A stretch of 64,000 nucleotides of DNA from Octopus sinensis (Eukaryota): positions 85,808,001 through 85,872,000 of the forward strand of contig NC_042999.1 in assembly GCF_006345805.1 (NCBI RefSeq), read 5' to 3'. Numbering within the stretch: position 1 is the first letter of the stretch; every line of letters starts with the position of its first letter. The notes under the pieces were generated by a model. That model worked only from the letters and a program-made list of their open reading frames with translations, was not told the DNA's origin and did not search any database. Shown one piece after another: positions 1 to 13,314 of this stretch. The translations under genes and the position numbers were made by a program.

Positions 1-111
1 ATTACTGGTGATATTGGTCCAAAAATGGCATTGAATAGCATAGACAATGGTTTCATGAAATTAGATAATGTTCGAATACCCAGAAATCAACTTTTAATGA
101 AATATGATCAG
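1..111 (+). CDS. ACOX1: ACOX1-like exon (5'-partial): [37 protein letters not shown]
   Basis: GDIGPK...DNG...RIPR..LMKY acyl-CoA oxidase motif; donor CAG|GTAATG at 111/112, phase 0. Confidence 0.93.
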
Positions 112-168
112 GTAATGTAAAAAAAAAACAGACTTTCTTTTTCATTTTTTCAAAATTTTCATTAGACA

Positions 169-173
169 CACAT

Positions 174-219
<46 letters not shown>

Positions 220-250
220 ATATATGCATACATATATGTATATATGTATA
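169..250. repeat. (CA)n/(TA)n microsatellite
   Basis: Direct inspection. Confidence 0.9.
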
Positions 251-1693
251 TAAAACAGTTATTTTATTCCACACAGGTAGAAATATAGGAAAAATAGAAG
301 TTGAAAATGCACCAAGAATAGTTGAAATATATTTTATTATATTTAAAGATTTTACTGGTTTCACAGTTTACACTGATTTCCAAAAAGTTGAAATAGCAAG
401 ACATGGCTTATGTTGCAGCTGTCTTGCTTTGGACTAGCGTTTGAAACTTGCTCAATTTTTATAGGGAGTTCAAGGCTCAAATTAGTGTTGTAAGTTAAGG
501 CTGACACAGTTGACTGAACATGTCTAGTGGCAGCACCAAACAATCAGTGCTCTAAATGTTTTTGTCAAGTGTTTGTAGAGAATGAATACGTGATTAAGTT
601 TAGAACCTTCTGTACATTTCCTGTTATGTTTGTGTGTTAGTATCACATGACAGTATATTTTGCGCCTAAAATGAAGGCCGACACGGTTGAGTGGATATGT
701 TTAGTTACAATCCAGGCACTCCAAATTTAATCTGTCTGGTAGGAGAGTAGACAGGAGTTCTTTGTATGTTTTCCAGTGACTAAAGTTTAGGTTGTTAGCT
801 GTGTAGCTTCCTCATATTAAATGGCAGAATGAGTTTTGTGTGTAAATAGTTATTTGTGTATGTACTCTGTTAAAGTTGTCAACTTGACATATATGGGATC
901 ATATGATTGTTCGTTAATTTCCATAAAATTCTTATAATTTCTGTATGCTTTGAAGAGAACAAAAATTGAAAGTGAGGATAAAGTGAAAAGGCAACATTTG
1001 CTTTGAAGTGAGGGGAGAAAGTAAATGAGAGGAGAAAGTCTAAGATGTACGTGTGTATGAAATGGATGTGTGTGTGAGAGAGAGAGTGAGTGAAGGCATG
1101 TGTTGTGATGTATGAATGTTTTTGCATGTATGTGTAAGTGGCACTCACTCCCCCTCCCGCCCTCTCTCTCACACACACACACACACGCATTTCGTATACA
1201 TGTAAGCAGAGGTAAAGAATATCTCTGCTTATGTGAAACACGTTTAAGGTTGTTATCTCGAACACGAATGAGAATATTATGATTTTCATAGGGATCATCA
1301 ACCATAAAGATGGCTACTTCTTTAGATGTGGGTTCATTAAAACAGTGTAAAATGTTCTTTACTATAGTTCACTATAGATGTAATGAACGCAGAAACACAC
1401 ACACACACACACTCATAGAATTGAAAACATTGAAAACAGCAAAGCATACACACAGGAAGTTCAAGCGAAACGAAATGTAGTCAATATAGTTGCAAAACGT
1501 ACTTTCTGTAGTATAGTTATGCTATAAAAAAATGCAAAGTTATCAATTTAGCAAAAGTTAGTATGTGTCACCAATATAAGAAAGTATGGAAAGTCAACAT
1601 TTATTTGGAACATCTACTAAATGTTATAAAATTCATGATTGAATGAATTTCATGGTGAAGAAAGTGAAAGTCCAAGAAAATTCAGAACCATTC

Positions 1694-2120
1694 ATTTCCT
1701 CCACAGTCCTCATCTTCATCTCCCTCCATATGGCCAACTGCCTCAGTTTGTGGTCAACCATCAAGAGGTATGTCCCCTGCCGGTAGTGCATCACATCCAC
1801 TGCCAGTCATTTCCAGTTGTGTTCTACTGGAATGCTTCCTGCCTTATGTATACCCAGAGTGGAGTCAATGGACTGGCACCTGTTGCAGCTCCCAACTACT
1901 CTCTGCACACTCTGCCTGGTTACGTCAGAGTCAACTTTCCTAGCTAGGAACAGGATCCTGTCCACTCACATGTGATGCATGGTATGATGTCTCCTCAGCT
2001 TCGAGTCACTCAGTTGACACACTGCAGCCACTCCTTGCTCCAGATCCTCTGGCACCTGCAACCAAGCTTTCTTTACTCTAGTCAGGACGTCTACTCTATT
2101 CCTCTCAGAGAGCATAAAAA
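1694..2120 (-). mobile_element. Gypsy-like integrase fragment (copy of 5848..6274)
   Basis: Minus strand encodes HHTMHHM..GVDR.LFLARKVD..C..CQSID (HHCC zinc finger) and EVDVMHYRQGTYLLMVD (DDE core start); near-identical to 5848..6274. Confidence 0.8.
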
Positions 2121-3067
2121 TTCAATTTTTCATACAAAAATAATTTATTTTACAATTTTGAAATGAACACTGAACTAAGTGTACAGAAAGGAAGATGCTG
2201 TTGTTGTGAATGCTAATTTAAAATATTTGCTGAAGGATGTATGTAGCAAGATATAAATTCATTTGACATTACTATATATTTTTTAACTGTGTAACGTTAT
2301 AGGCTGTAGAGTAAATACTGACTAATGCAGTAAAAAGGTTGTGCGACGTTGATAATCACAGTGAAGATGCATAGGAGGAATACAAAGACTGTTAAAAAAA
2401 AAAACATTATCTTGAAACTGGTTAGAAGGAGTGAAGTAACATTTCTGTAATTATACTGAAAGAGCCACTGAGGCTGTCTACTTCACCAAGTTTCTGAATT
2501 TGTTATAATAACCAGAATAACATTTTTTTTCCAGATATATTTGCGAGTATGTTGGTAGTATTTGAAAGTGAATGTTGTTGTTCATTTAAAATCCAGGCTG
2601 TAAGTAAACTTTCAATATCTGTGAGTTTCACTGTTGGGGTGGGGCGTTACAAACATAAACTAAGACACACACACACACTCACACACATTAACACACACCT
2701 GAAGCCTATTTCTGTCCCTGTGTGTGTCTGTTGTCACAAAAGTGTATGTATACTGACAGACACATACACCATCACACACGTATACTTGTCAGTCATTGGC
2801 CTGGTGTAGGTAACGAATGCACAGACACACTCATATAGAAAATGTGACATCATCATTGTTGTGTTGGTGATGTAAGATGTAGTTTATGATAGGAGACTAA
2901 AAGAAAAATGATAATGTTAAATTTTGTAATGCAAATATGTGAATGAAAATATAGTTTAGTTGGTAGCCAAAAGCTTACTGAATCTTTCGATACCCCTTAC
3001 ATCAAAATCAGCAACTTAGTTTTGGAATGCATAAGGAATATTCAAACATGCACACACACAAGCTCTT

Positions 3068-3117
<50 letters not shown>

Positions 3118-3228
3118 CATATATATATCCGTAATAATGAAGGGTGAAATTAATTAATTTGGAATAATTATCAATTACACCAAGTAGTCTTCGGCATGTA
3201 AAAGCCTCATTCGAGGAAAATTTAAGTA

Positions 3229-3391
3229 ATACTAAGCAATAAGGGTTTAGCAACGAATTGCCTTACCACATACCGAATTTAGAAATAGCAGTCAAAGGGT
3301 TAAAGCTAAGAAATAGCTTTAACCCTTTGACTGCTATTTCTAAATTCGGTATGTGGTAAGGCAATTCGTTGCTAAACCCTTATTGCTTAGT

Positions 3392-3393
<2 letters not shown>
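3229..3393. repeat. Perfect palindrome, 80-bp arms with 5-nt loop
   Basis: 3229..3308 is the exact reverse complement of 3314..3393; loop AGAAA. Confidence 0.95.
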
Positions 3394-3545
<152 letters not shown>

Positions 3546-3911
3546 TTAATCAATATAGGGTGGCAAAAAATTTTGTAGAATTTTTTTGCCACCAGCGGCC
3601 TAGTGGGAAAAAATTAAATAGTCATAGACCCTTTTTAAGTTCAACATCACAATCAAGGAACGGCCATAATAGGCCATTCACCCACTAGAAATAGCAGCCA
3701 AAAGCTTTAACCGCAAAATAACATCAATTCCGTAAACCAGGAGAAAATTAAAAAACATTTACCCTGTAATTTCTTATACGATGCACCGTTTCATCTACTG
3801 TTTAATGGTAAACTAACCTGATTAAATTAAATCAAGCCAATCTACCATAGGCCCTTAGATTCATCAGTAAGAAATAGCCAAGTCGGAACAGATATTTTTC
3901 ACGAGGCATTC

Positions 3912-3959
<48 letters not shown>

Positions 3960-4800
3960 GCACAGGTGCCAGTGGCACGTAAAAAGCACCCACTACACTC
4001 ACGGAGTGGTTGGCGTTAGGAAGGTCATCCAGCCGTAGAAACATTGCCAGATCAGACTGGGCCTGGTGCAGCCTTCTGGCTTCCCAGACCCCAGTTGAAC
4101 CATCTAACCCATGCTAGCATGGAAAGCGGACACTAAATGATGATGATGATAATATAAGTAATATATATATGCATATAGACATACATATATATGTATATAG
4201 ATATGCATATATGGATACAGGACATCACAAAACGTAAACAACATGAGATATGAAAATAAAGTTGGGTATGCAAGCATTGATAGAAACAAATGGAAAACAA
4301 GTCAAGTAACATAAAAAATGACCCTTCATCAGTTGTTGGCTGTCCTACTCCTTATTTCAAGCATTGAATGATAATATAAGACTTTGAAGGCAGTTGCTCC
4401 CACGAGCCAAAATAAAATTTGGGATTTGCAGATGGTCAAAGTTAGTAACAAAAACAGGACAGTGGAGACATACAAGGAAACTGAACAAAAACAAACATGG
4501 AGGGTCAATAGACTAGATGAGGTAAAGTAGTGATCACTGGAGAAATATTGTCTTTGACAAGAGAAAAGATAGAAGAGGAGATAGAAAGGAATATGTGCCG
4601 TCTGTACAACAGCACTGAAGGAAAAGAAAGATGGACAATGGTCATGTGTGAGCAACGAGAGAAATTAAAGGAGGAAGAAAGAGAGAGAGAGAGAAAATGA
4701 AAGGGAGAGAGAGAGAGAACAGTAAAACGTAGAGTCGCAAAAGTATTAAGATAAACTTATTTGGAAATGGATGTGTGATGTTCAATCAAATAATAATATA

Positions 4801-4861
<61 letters not shown>

Positions 4862-5029
4862 TATATATATATATATATATATGCATATATATATATATGC
4901 ATATATACATACATATATATGTGTATAGATATGCATATATGGGTACAGGATAACCCAAGACTATTATCACTATTAGGTAATATAAAGTTTTATGTACTAA
5001 AACATATTTGACATGTATATATTTCACAG

Positions 5030-5199
5030 GTTCTTAAAGATGGTACTTATATATCAGGCCCAAATAAAAAATCTATGTATGCTTCTATGATGACAGTAAG
5101 GTGTGCCATAATTATGGCGAGTGCTCAGAGTCTAGCAGCTGCATGTACCATTGCTGTTCGTTATAGTGTTGTGCGTCAACAATCAGAAGCAGAACAAGG
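5030..5199 (+). CDS. ACOX1: ACOX1-like exon: VLKDGTYISGPNKKSMYASMMTVRCAIIMASAQSLAAACTIAVRYSVVRQQSEAEQG
   Basis: Acceptor tttcacAG, donor GG|GTTGGT; DGTY and ACTIAVRYS.VR.Q motifs; 170 nt, phase 0 to 2. Confidence 0.92.
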
Positions 5200-5799
5200 G
5201 TTGGTACATTATTTAATTATATAATTTACTTTTGTTTTTCTAATGCTCAATGTCAATTTTTTACACTTTCTCATATTAATGTATCAAAGTTAAAGTGTCT
5301 TAAAATAAACATAACCTGATATTTTAATTATAATATCCCACTGCCTGTATCCACCCTTTGATTGTATTGCACACATATAACTGAATTCTTTCAGTTTTCA
5401 TTTCTATCAAACCTACCCACAAGGCTTTGGTTGACCCCGGATAAAGTAGAAGCCATATGACCTAGGTGCCATGCAGTAGGGTTGAACTCAAAGCCACATG
5501 ATTGGGAAGCGAGCTTTTAACCACACTACTGTGACTGCACTTTAATGTGTGTGTGCATGTGCGTCCATGTGTGTGTATTTATGTCTGCTTGTTTGAATCT
5601 CAACACTTTATCACACATACCTCTTATCCTCTTATTACTCATTTCTCTATCACTCACACCCCAACTGCCTATACTCCTATTACCCATGACCCTATTTGTT
5701 ATACCTTTCAGTTATTCTCTTTTTTTCATTTTCTCTACTGTGCTGCCAGTGCAACTAACAATGACTGTAAACCTCTGAATGAAACGTAGTTTCAAGCAG

Positions 5800-7090
5800 C
5801 TCATCCACAGGGTCTATTCTAGGAATATCTCATTTAGTTTTCTTGTGATTTCCTCCACAGTCCTCATCTTCATCTCCCTCCATATGGCCAACTGCCCCAG
5901 TTTGCGGTCAACCATCAAGAGGTATGTCCCCTGCCGGTAGTGCATCACATCCACTTCCAGTCATTTCTAGTTGTGTTCTACTGGAATGCTTCCTGCCTTA
6001 TATATACCCAGAGTGGAGTCAATGGACTGGCACCTGTTGCAGCTCCCAACTACTCTCTGCACACTCTGCCTGGTCACGTCAGAGTCAACTTTCCTAGCTA
6101 GGAACAGGATCCTGTCCACTCACATGTGATGCATGGTATGATGTCTCCTCAGCTCCGAGTCACTCAGTTGACACACTGCAGCCACTCCTTGCTCCAGATC
6201 CTCTGACACCTGCAACCAAGCTTTCTTTACTCTAGTCAGGACGTCTACTCTATTCCTCTCAGAGAGCATAAAAACCACACTCAGCCTCAGGTCAAACTCA
6301 ACAGCTAGCTTGCCCAGAATTCCCAAATGGCATCTTATCAACATCTCTGTGCCCCCTTTGGTTCACACTCTCTACTCACCGGTGACCACTGATCCCACCC
6401 ATCTAAGTACAGTGGCGAATTGGTCCGGTTCTCGATGGTATGCAACCCCTACCTCAGAGCCAGGTTCAGACCCTTCAGCACATTGATTTGGTTGCAGTCA
6501 TCCTTCTTCCTGATCCAGGCCACATCCTCTACCACAACACCTGCAATTTCCAGGACAACTCCTGTTACTATGCTGCTAGCATCATACCACATGATCCCAT
6601 TCTTCAATTTTGGGCACATACCAGTTTTCTCTTACTGGGTCTTCCACAGTCACTCTCTCCAAGACTTCTTGCATCATGGCAGTTGTCTTCTCACCCACTT
6701 AGTCACTCTACCTCACTCCTTCAGCTCACCTCTTGATGAAGTTGCATGCTGTCCAGAGTCATTCTGCAATCAAGCAGTGTCCCAGCAGCTTCCCACACAG
6801 AAAACAGTTCTCGCCTACTCATCTTGGTGCCCATTTTTTGGGATCTTATTCCCTCTCCAAAATATCAACATGCCAGCATTGTCTCTCCATAGCTTGAATC
6901 CCAATGCAGCTCCTCCTTCCATTGCCTCTGATGGCTTGGCAGCTTGAAACTCTTCAGGTTTTACTGTCTAACAGGTCTGCTCTCGTATGCTGTCCACTGT
7001 CAACTGACTACTCATGCCTCGCCGACCCCGCATGCCCACTGCAGCCCTTCGGGCAGGACCCTCAAGCCCCACTTCTGACAGGATATGCAT
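5800..7090 (-). mobile_element. Decayed Gypsy/Ty3 LTR-retrotransposon pol fragment (RNase H-integrase)
   Basis: Minus-strand pieces LKGLNLALR.GLHTIE, LAVEFDLRLSVVF.LSERNRVDVLTRV, HHCC motif and integrase core in RH-INT order; stops and frameshifts; ends approximate. Confidence 0.75.
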
Positions 7091-7312
7091 ACTCCCTCAC
7101 TTCCAGTCCTTCTCTACAACACAGCCTGGCTCATAACACCACATATTGTTTGCACCCCATTACAACTATCAAAGCTGATGTTAGTGGCCTTTCATGCTGC
7201 TGGATATTTGATACTGGAATAGAATGATATTTTTCAGATTTCTTGTTGATCATTAAATATATTTATTAATTTTGAAATATAAAATATAAGCTTTTAAATG
7301 TCATTATAACAG

Positions 7313-7475
7313 GGCTGGTGAACAATCAGTGCTTAACTTCCAAACTCAACAGTATAGACTGTTTTCTGCTTTAAGTACTACTTATGCATTGTTTTTTGCT
7401 TGGAAAAGTGTAAATGAGGCTTGTCAACAGATATTAACAGATGCCGCACAAGGAAAAACTGATCAATTTCTATTT
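7313..7475 (+). CDS. ACOX1: ACOX1-like exon: AGEQSVLNFQTQQYRLFSALSTTYALFFAWKSVNEACQQILTDAAQGKTDQFLF
   Basis: L.FQTQQY.LF motif; acceptor taacAG, donor GTAAGT; 163 nt, phase 2 to 0. Confidence 0.92.
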
Positions 7476-7740
7476 GTAAGTAAAATATTTTTCATGTATC
7501 AATTTCTATTAGAATATTGTATTGGTTATATACTAATTATAAATCACGATAAATGTTAACATACCTAAAAACTAAATTCAAGATATATGTTCAGTTTTTT
7601 TTATTTTTATGGTTTAGTCAGAAGAGTCTAACATTAATTTTCATTTCATACTTCTGTGGCACTTCCTTGCTCATTCATGACAGTTAATAACTCTCCTCCT
7701 CTTCTCTGTCGGTTATAACAACAAGGGTTCAGTTGATCCA

Positions 7741-8060
7741 CATGGCTTAGTGGTTGGAGGTATTCGGCTCACAATTGTAAGGTTGATAGTTCAAAACCTG
7801 GCGGTGTATTGCGTCTTTGAGCAAGACACTTTATTTCACATTGCTCCAGTTCATTCAGCTGGCAAAAATGAACAGTACCTGTATTTCAAAGGGCCAGCCT
7901 TGTCACATTCTGTGTCGTGCTGCATCTCCCCGAGAATGACATGATGGGTATGTGTGTCTGTGGAGTGCTTAGTCACTTGCATGTTAATTTCATGAGCAGG
8001 CTGTTCCATTTATTGAATCAACTGGAACACTCATTGTTATAACTGATGGAATGCCAGTTA
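7741..8060 (+). mobile_element. tRNA-derived SINE, family B, diverged
   Basis: catggcttagtggtt...tttgagcaagacactttatttcac...; aligns with the reverse complement of 46418..46739. Confidence 0.8.
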
Positions 8061-8275
8061 ATAACTCTAGAGAGATATGCTGGTAGTTGTGTAAATTAAA
8101 TTAAAGACTTGTGATTAGAGACAAGTACCATTGCTTTATATTGCTGAAAAGAAAACCCAATTCAGTACATTTTTAGCTGGGGTGATAACATTATTCAAGT
8201 ATAACAGGATAATAAATCAACAAAGAATTTTTGAAATTTATAGAATTCTTCTATATTCTTCCAATATTAATCTTA

Positions 8276-9625
8276 CTAGCAAATCTACCCATCTACGATG
8301 GAGGCATAAAAAGAGAGAGGGGAGTCATAGCAGCAGTATGTATTGAGAAATGTGTAAATGGACTTGATAGATAACTAGGTGATGTCTTAGAGAAATCACA
8401 TTGTTAGTGATACAGCATTCTATTGCAGCTATATGACATGTGTTTGTGACTATGTGACATGTGATGACAATTTACTCCTGAACAGAAATAGGCTCCCAGC
8501 CTCTATCATGAATAGGCTCCCAGCCTACATCATGAATGGTTATGTGGACCACTCCTAATGAAAGACAGAGTTTCCTTCGACCACTACATAAAAAGTATTA
8601 AGTAAAAGATGTTATTTAAATACACTTTTATTTAAGTTGTTTACACTATTTTACACTTGTTTATACTTTTATACATTCCAAGTTCACCAATTTCTTTATT
8701 TAAATTATGAATCATATTCCTTTCGATAATATCAATATGATTACAAAATTTCTTTGTAGATGATATTTTCTGTTTGGTCAACGCTAATTTTCAAATTACT
8801 GGAGTCCGTTGCTCTACTCATAGTGACGTATAACTGGCCATGTGTAAACATTGGAGTGGGTAAAAATATACCTACATGATCTAAAGTCTAGCCCTTTGTT
8901 TTCTTTGCTGTGAATGAGTGAGTGTAATCTTTAGGGTTGCAAAAAATCAAACTAAGACTTACCTCTCACTGTTCTATGCGAATAATGTCTGGATGTTCTG
9001 GTACCAAGAACATCCTGCTCAAGACTGATACACTTCAATAACCACTGAGTAATCTCACACACTATATACTGACATGCACTTTTTTCCATTTTATTTCTGT
9101 TATTAACCGTCCTCACAACTACCTTTGTATCTACAATGGGGCCATTAACTATACAATAAAAGTGCGAAGGTGGTTTATCAATTCAAAAATTAATATCCAC
9201 AAAATAATCATACTTTCTGATTTTTTAATACTAAAACCCTTCCTGACGACAGTCTTTGTAATCCCCAAAAATATTGTAACCATTGGTCCAGCCATCTGGC
9301 CATAAAGAAGGAACAGACAAAGAGATGGACAGATGGACATGATGTCCATTATAGTAAGAGAGCAAATCTGCCCATCTACAATGGGAAATAAAGTGATAGT
9401 ATCGCAAATCCAGAGTTAATCCTCATTGCTGGAATTCTAACAAATGTGGTTTATTAATACAAAACTTAATATCCACTAAATAATCATACTTTTTCACATT
9501 TTTTTTGCTAAAAGCCTTCCTGATTACCTCCCTTCATAATCCCGATAAATATTGTGACCATTGATCCAGCTGTTTGACCATGAAGGGGGAACAGACAGAC
9601 GGTCAAAATGCCCATTATAGTAAGA
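8276..9625 (-). mobile_element. Non-autonomous Helitron, head-to-tail tandem, with PIF1-helicase remnant
   Basis: Minus strand: A|TCTTACTATAAT 5' end at 9625, hairpin cccatc-tac-gatgg and 3' CTAG|T at 8279..8276; KTKG*TLDHVGIFLPTPMFTHGQLYVTMSR at ~8810-8910; second 5'/3' junction at ~9360. Confidence 0.75.
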
Positions 9626-10193
9626 TTAATGTTGATTCTGCTTTCCATCGACAGAGAGTAAGTAAAATAAGTAGCAATAATATCCTTAGTTAGATAATTG
9701 CTTAATACCCACACCTGCAAAAATTGATTTACCTCTTATTTAATAAGACATATATTGTGACATTTATAATTATTTGGCATTTTATAACATGTCAATAACA
9801 TGTCAAATTACTGAGAAGTGAATCATAAAATTAGGAAGTGCCATGGAGAAGAGATAATCATAATTGTTGTAGTCATTACACCATTTCTTTCTTTCTTCCT
9901 CCCTTCCTTCCTAATGCTTTAGCCAGAAGAGTAAAGGCAGTGCTCACAACCCTTGTGCTCTGACTTGTGGAGAAAGTTATTCACTGATCTGAGATCTAGC
10001 CTGAATCCTGGCAACCAAGTGAATTCCACTGACAATCAGGTGGAAGTGTTAAACTGGATGACATATTAAGTCTACCAGCCCAGACATTTATTGAGATACT
10101 AATATTAAAAGAATTACCACCACAATGCCATTCTCTTTACTTTTAGAAAATTGTCTGGCTTCTTGCCAGTGTAAAAGGAAATTATTAAAATAT

Positions 10194-10574
10194 ATCCGAG
10201 TTGATGTGTGTTCTTTAGAATAGTTCATGAATCTTAAATTGGATAATGTGTTCAAACTATTTATCAAGATAATGTTTTTTTATTCAATGTTACAGTTGCA
10301 TGCCATTTTAGCTGGTTTAAAGTCGCAAAGCACCTGGTTGGCTACAAAATATATCCAAACTTGTCGGAGTGTTGTGGTGGTCATCCGAGTTGATGTGTGT
10401 TCTTTAGAATAGTTCATGAATCTTAAATTGGATAATGTGTTCAAACTATTTATCAAGATAATGTTTTTTTATTCAATGTTACAGTTGCATTCCATTTTAG
10501 CTGGTTTAAAGTCGCAAAGCACCTGGTTGGCTACAAAATATATCCAAACTTGTCGGGAGTGTTGTGGTGGTCAT
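10194..10574 (+). repeat. 189-bp tandem duplication of intron 3' end plus 5' half of the ACOX catalytic exon
   Basis: atccgagttgatgtgtg... starts at 10194 and 10383; the copies differ by gcc/tcc and a 1-bp G deletion in copy 1. Confidence 0.95.
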
Positions 10575-10675
10575 GGCGTCTCTTCTGCAAGTGGTTTACC
10601 ATTACTTGAAAGTCACACAGCTGTTTCTTGTACATATGAAGGCGATAATACTGTTATGATTCTTCAGACTGGAAA
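10485..10675 (+). CDS. ACOX1: ACOX1-like catalytic exon: LHSILAGLKSQSTWLATKYIQTCRECCGGHGVSSASGLPLLESHTAVSCTYEGDNTVMILQTG
   Basis: CGGHG FAD-binding segment and TYEGDNTV with the catalytic Glu (human ACOX1 E421 equivalent); acceptor ttacAG, donor GTAAG; 191 nt, phase 0 to 2. Confidence 0.93.
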
Positions 10676-10731
10676 GTAAGAGAATTTCATTAAAGTAATT
10701 TCAATGGATCAGAATAAAGATTATATCATCG

Positions 10732-10768
<37 letters not shown>

Positions 10769-12049
10769 TCATCATCATCATCATCATTTAACATCTATTT
10801 TCCATGCTGGCACAGGTTGGACGGCTTGACAGGAACTAGTTAGGTCAGGGGCTGCACCAGATTCCATGGTCTGTTATGGCTTGGTTTAAATAACTGGATG
10901 CCCTTCCTAATGCTAATCACTCCACAAATGCATTAGGTGCCTTCTATGTGGCACCAGCACCCACACCAATGCTTTTTATAATGGTACCATCAAGTTTGCT
11001 GTGGTGGATGGGCCTTCTTGAGTATAGCAATGTGCCACATATCTCAGTCCTCTCTCATCTCCTTCATAAGGTTCAGCATTTTGAGATTGGCCTATACTTT
11101 GTTCCAGGTCTTCCTGGGTTCCTCTATGCTACAACTTCCCTCCACTTTAAGTGATCAACATTCCTTTATGCAATTGTCCTCCTCCATCTGTACCATGAAT
11201 TTTATTGAGTATTATTTTTAGCATTGTAGGATCAATTTTTCCATATCACTGTATGTTAGATGTTTCTGAAACTGTAGATATTTACATAACTTGTAGATAT
11301 CCTTAACCAACAAAGTGAAAAAAGAATACTGAAACTAAAAATATCATTGAGATGTGGAAGGGACACAAATCTTGCTGTTGTCTACTCTGAGCCGCACAAT
11401 CTCTGGTACTATTTGTCAAACAGCCACAAACATTTAGAAAAATCATTTACTGGAAAGATGCTACAACATTATTCTAAAAGTATTGTCATGCTTTATCTGA
11501 GCAAATACAAAAGATGTATATATTCCAAAATAACAGAATTACAAAACGTATCAAACTAATGCCAAGAAATTAGGTTCTTATACACTAACCAAGTCTATTT
11601 TACTCATTTCTAGTGAATCCATCATCAGAATTTACCATCATATAAGGACAGAGAGTGGATAACAAAATAAATGAGATATGATCTAACTACCACATATTCT
11701 AGAACAAACTTAAGTTCACCAGAGTATACTTGATTGCTTTAATCATTTGATTTAGCCGACTAGGTTGATCAAGTGAAATAGATAATAGTTTTTAAATAAA
11801 AGGTTTTAGGAATTTCATATAGCTCATATATACATATTTATATATTATTCTAAGAGAAAAACATAATTCTAAGGTGCAAAGATAACACTGTAAAAAATAC
11901 GAGACAAAGATCCTCTGATGCAATCCAAATTCCTATAAGCAATCACAACAACCAATCGATATAATAAGCAATCCTCCAAATGACTTGCCCTCTAAAAATA
12001 TGGATAACCACCTTATAAATGATAACTCCACTCACCATATCATAGGCAC

Positions 12050-12450
12050 AGATAATCTTATTAATCTCTGTGGTTGCAGAGATAAAAATACTTGTGAATT
12101 CTTGAATAAATGTAAAACTAAAAATTAATCTACCATTGTGATGTATTCTACAATAATTACAAGAAAACTTATATAGGAGCAATGAAAAATGGAATGAAAC
12201 TTAGATATAATTACCATCTCTCAAGTTTCAGAAATAGAAATAAGGCTAACTCTACCAGATTAAGCAGTTACATCTGGTTACTTAAAGATAATAACATTAA
12301 TTATAGATTAGAATGGCACATCCTAGCCAAAACATCTTCATATAACCTTTAAAATAACCACTGTAATTTATGTATTAATGAGAAATTCTTGATTTTAGTG
12401 GCCAAATCAGAATTACTTAATAAATGAAACGAGAAATATAGAACATGCTT
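12050..12450 (+). mobile_element. Penelope-like element GIY-YIG endonuclease relic
   Basis: CGCRDKNTCEFLNKC..IY..YIG..KLRYNYHLSSFRN..STRLSSYIWLLK..W.IL..CNLCINEK..LLNK pattern, interrupted by stops and a frameshift. Confidence 0.8.
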
Positions 12451-13314
12451 ACATAACGATAAATTCTTATTCTCTAAATACTGCTAATGCCTATAGTACA
12501 GGCTATTAACTGACCTGTCTAACATATGATTACTGCCCCTTGACCTGTCCCAGAGCTATAATTCTCTTTAATATATTCACATTAAAGTTAGATCGCTGAC
12601 TAACATACTAATTGCTAGGGCTGCCACATAAGTACATAAATACAATTGAATGAGCGATTTAGCCTATTCTAGCCAAGTTGATTGGTTTTAATTATATAAA
12701 CAAGGTGATAGCCTGTGCTGTACATAACAACACTTTATTTGTTATACCTTTTCACGTAACCCAGATTTATACTGTATATCGCACTTGAACTTTTAAGAGC
12801 ATCCTTAATTTTAACAAGGGCATTATTTGTAATCATAGGGACTTATCTAGCAGACTCAAATAGCGTTATTTAATTTGATTAATGACACTGGATATTACTA
12901 CCAGGTATAACTCGTTTGACTAACACCACCGGTCAATTAGTCATTTTCCCCAATTACTGCTCCATTCATCTACTTGAAAACATGTATATACACGTGCAAC
13001 CTTTAAAGGTCACAAAAATGTAAGCCTAAAGACGTAACAAACTTTTTTCCTTTCTTCCTTCTTTCCTTTTTTTTTCCTTTTTCCTTTTTTCTCCTGTCAG
13101 TATTCCTCTGATAAACTCCAAATTATTCTAACGATGTTTGTTACATGGAATGAGATAAATGTAAATTTACCTCAAAAATAACAAACTGAAACAGCTGTAA
13201 GTGTTATTTTAACCATAATTAAACTATGACCAATTAATACCAATGATCGACTTTTAATTGTTGCACCATTTCTTTTCTTATTCTGTGTATATATAATTAT
13301 ATTAATTAAGTAAT

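Noticed and set aside
4200-4340. Minus-strand CTGATGAAGGG motif
   Set aside because: No closing stem II plus GAAA found.
6420-6947. 175-aa plus-strand ORF
   Set aside because: Antisense shadow of the decayed Gypsy pol.
10296-10412. Upstream exon copy as a mutually exclusive ACOX exon
   Set aside because: It is truncated and frameshifted, and no donor restoring the protein is evident.
13105-13170. ctgataa-actcca...tggaat-gaga as a decayed hammerhead downstream of the PLE relic
   Set aside because: Needs at least three substitutions in core and stem; not distinguishable from chance without a consensus.
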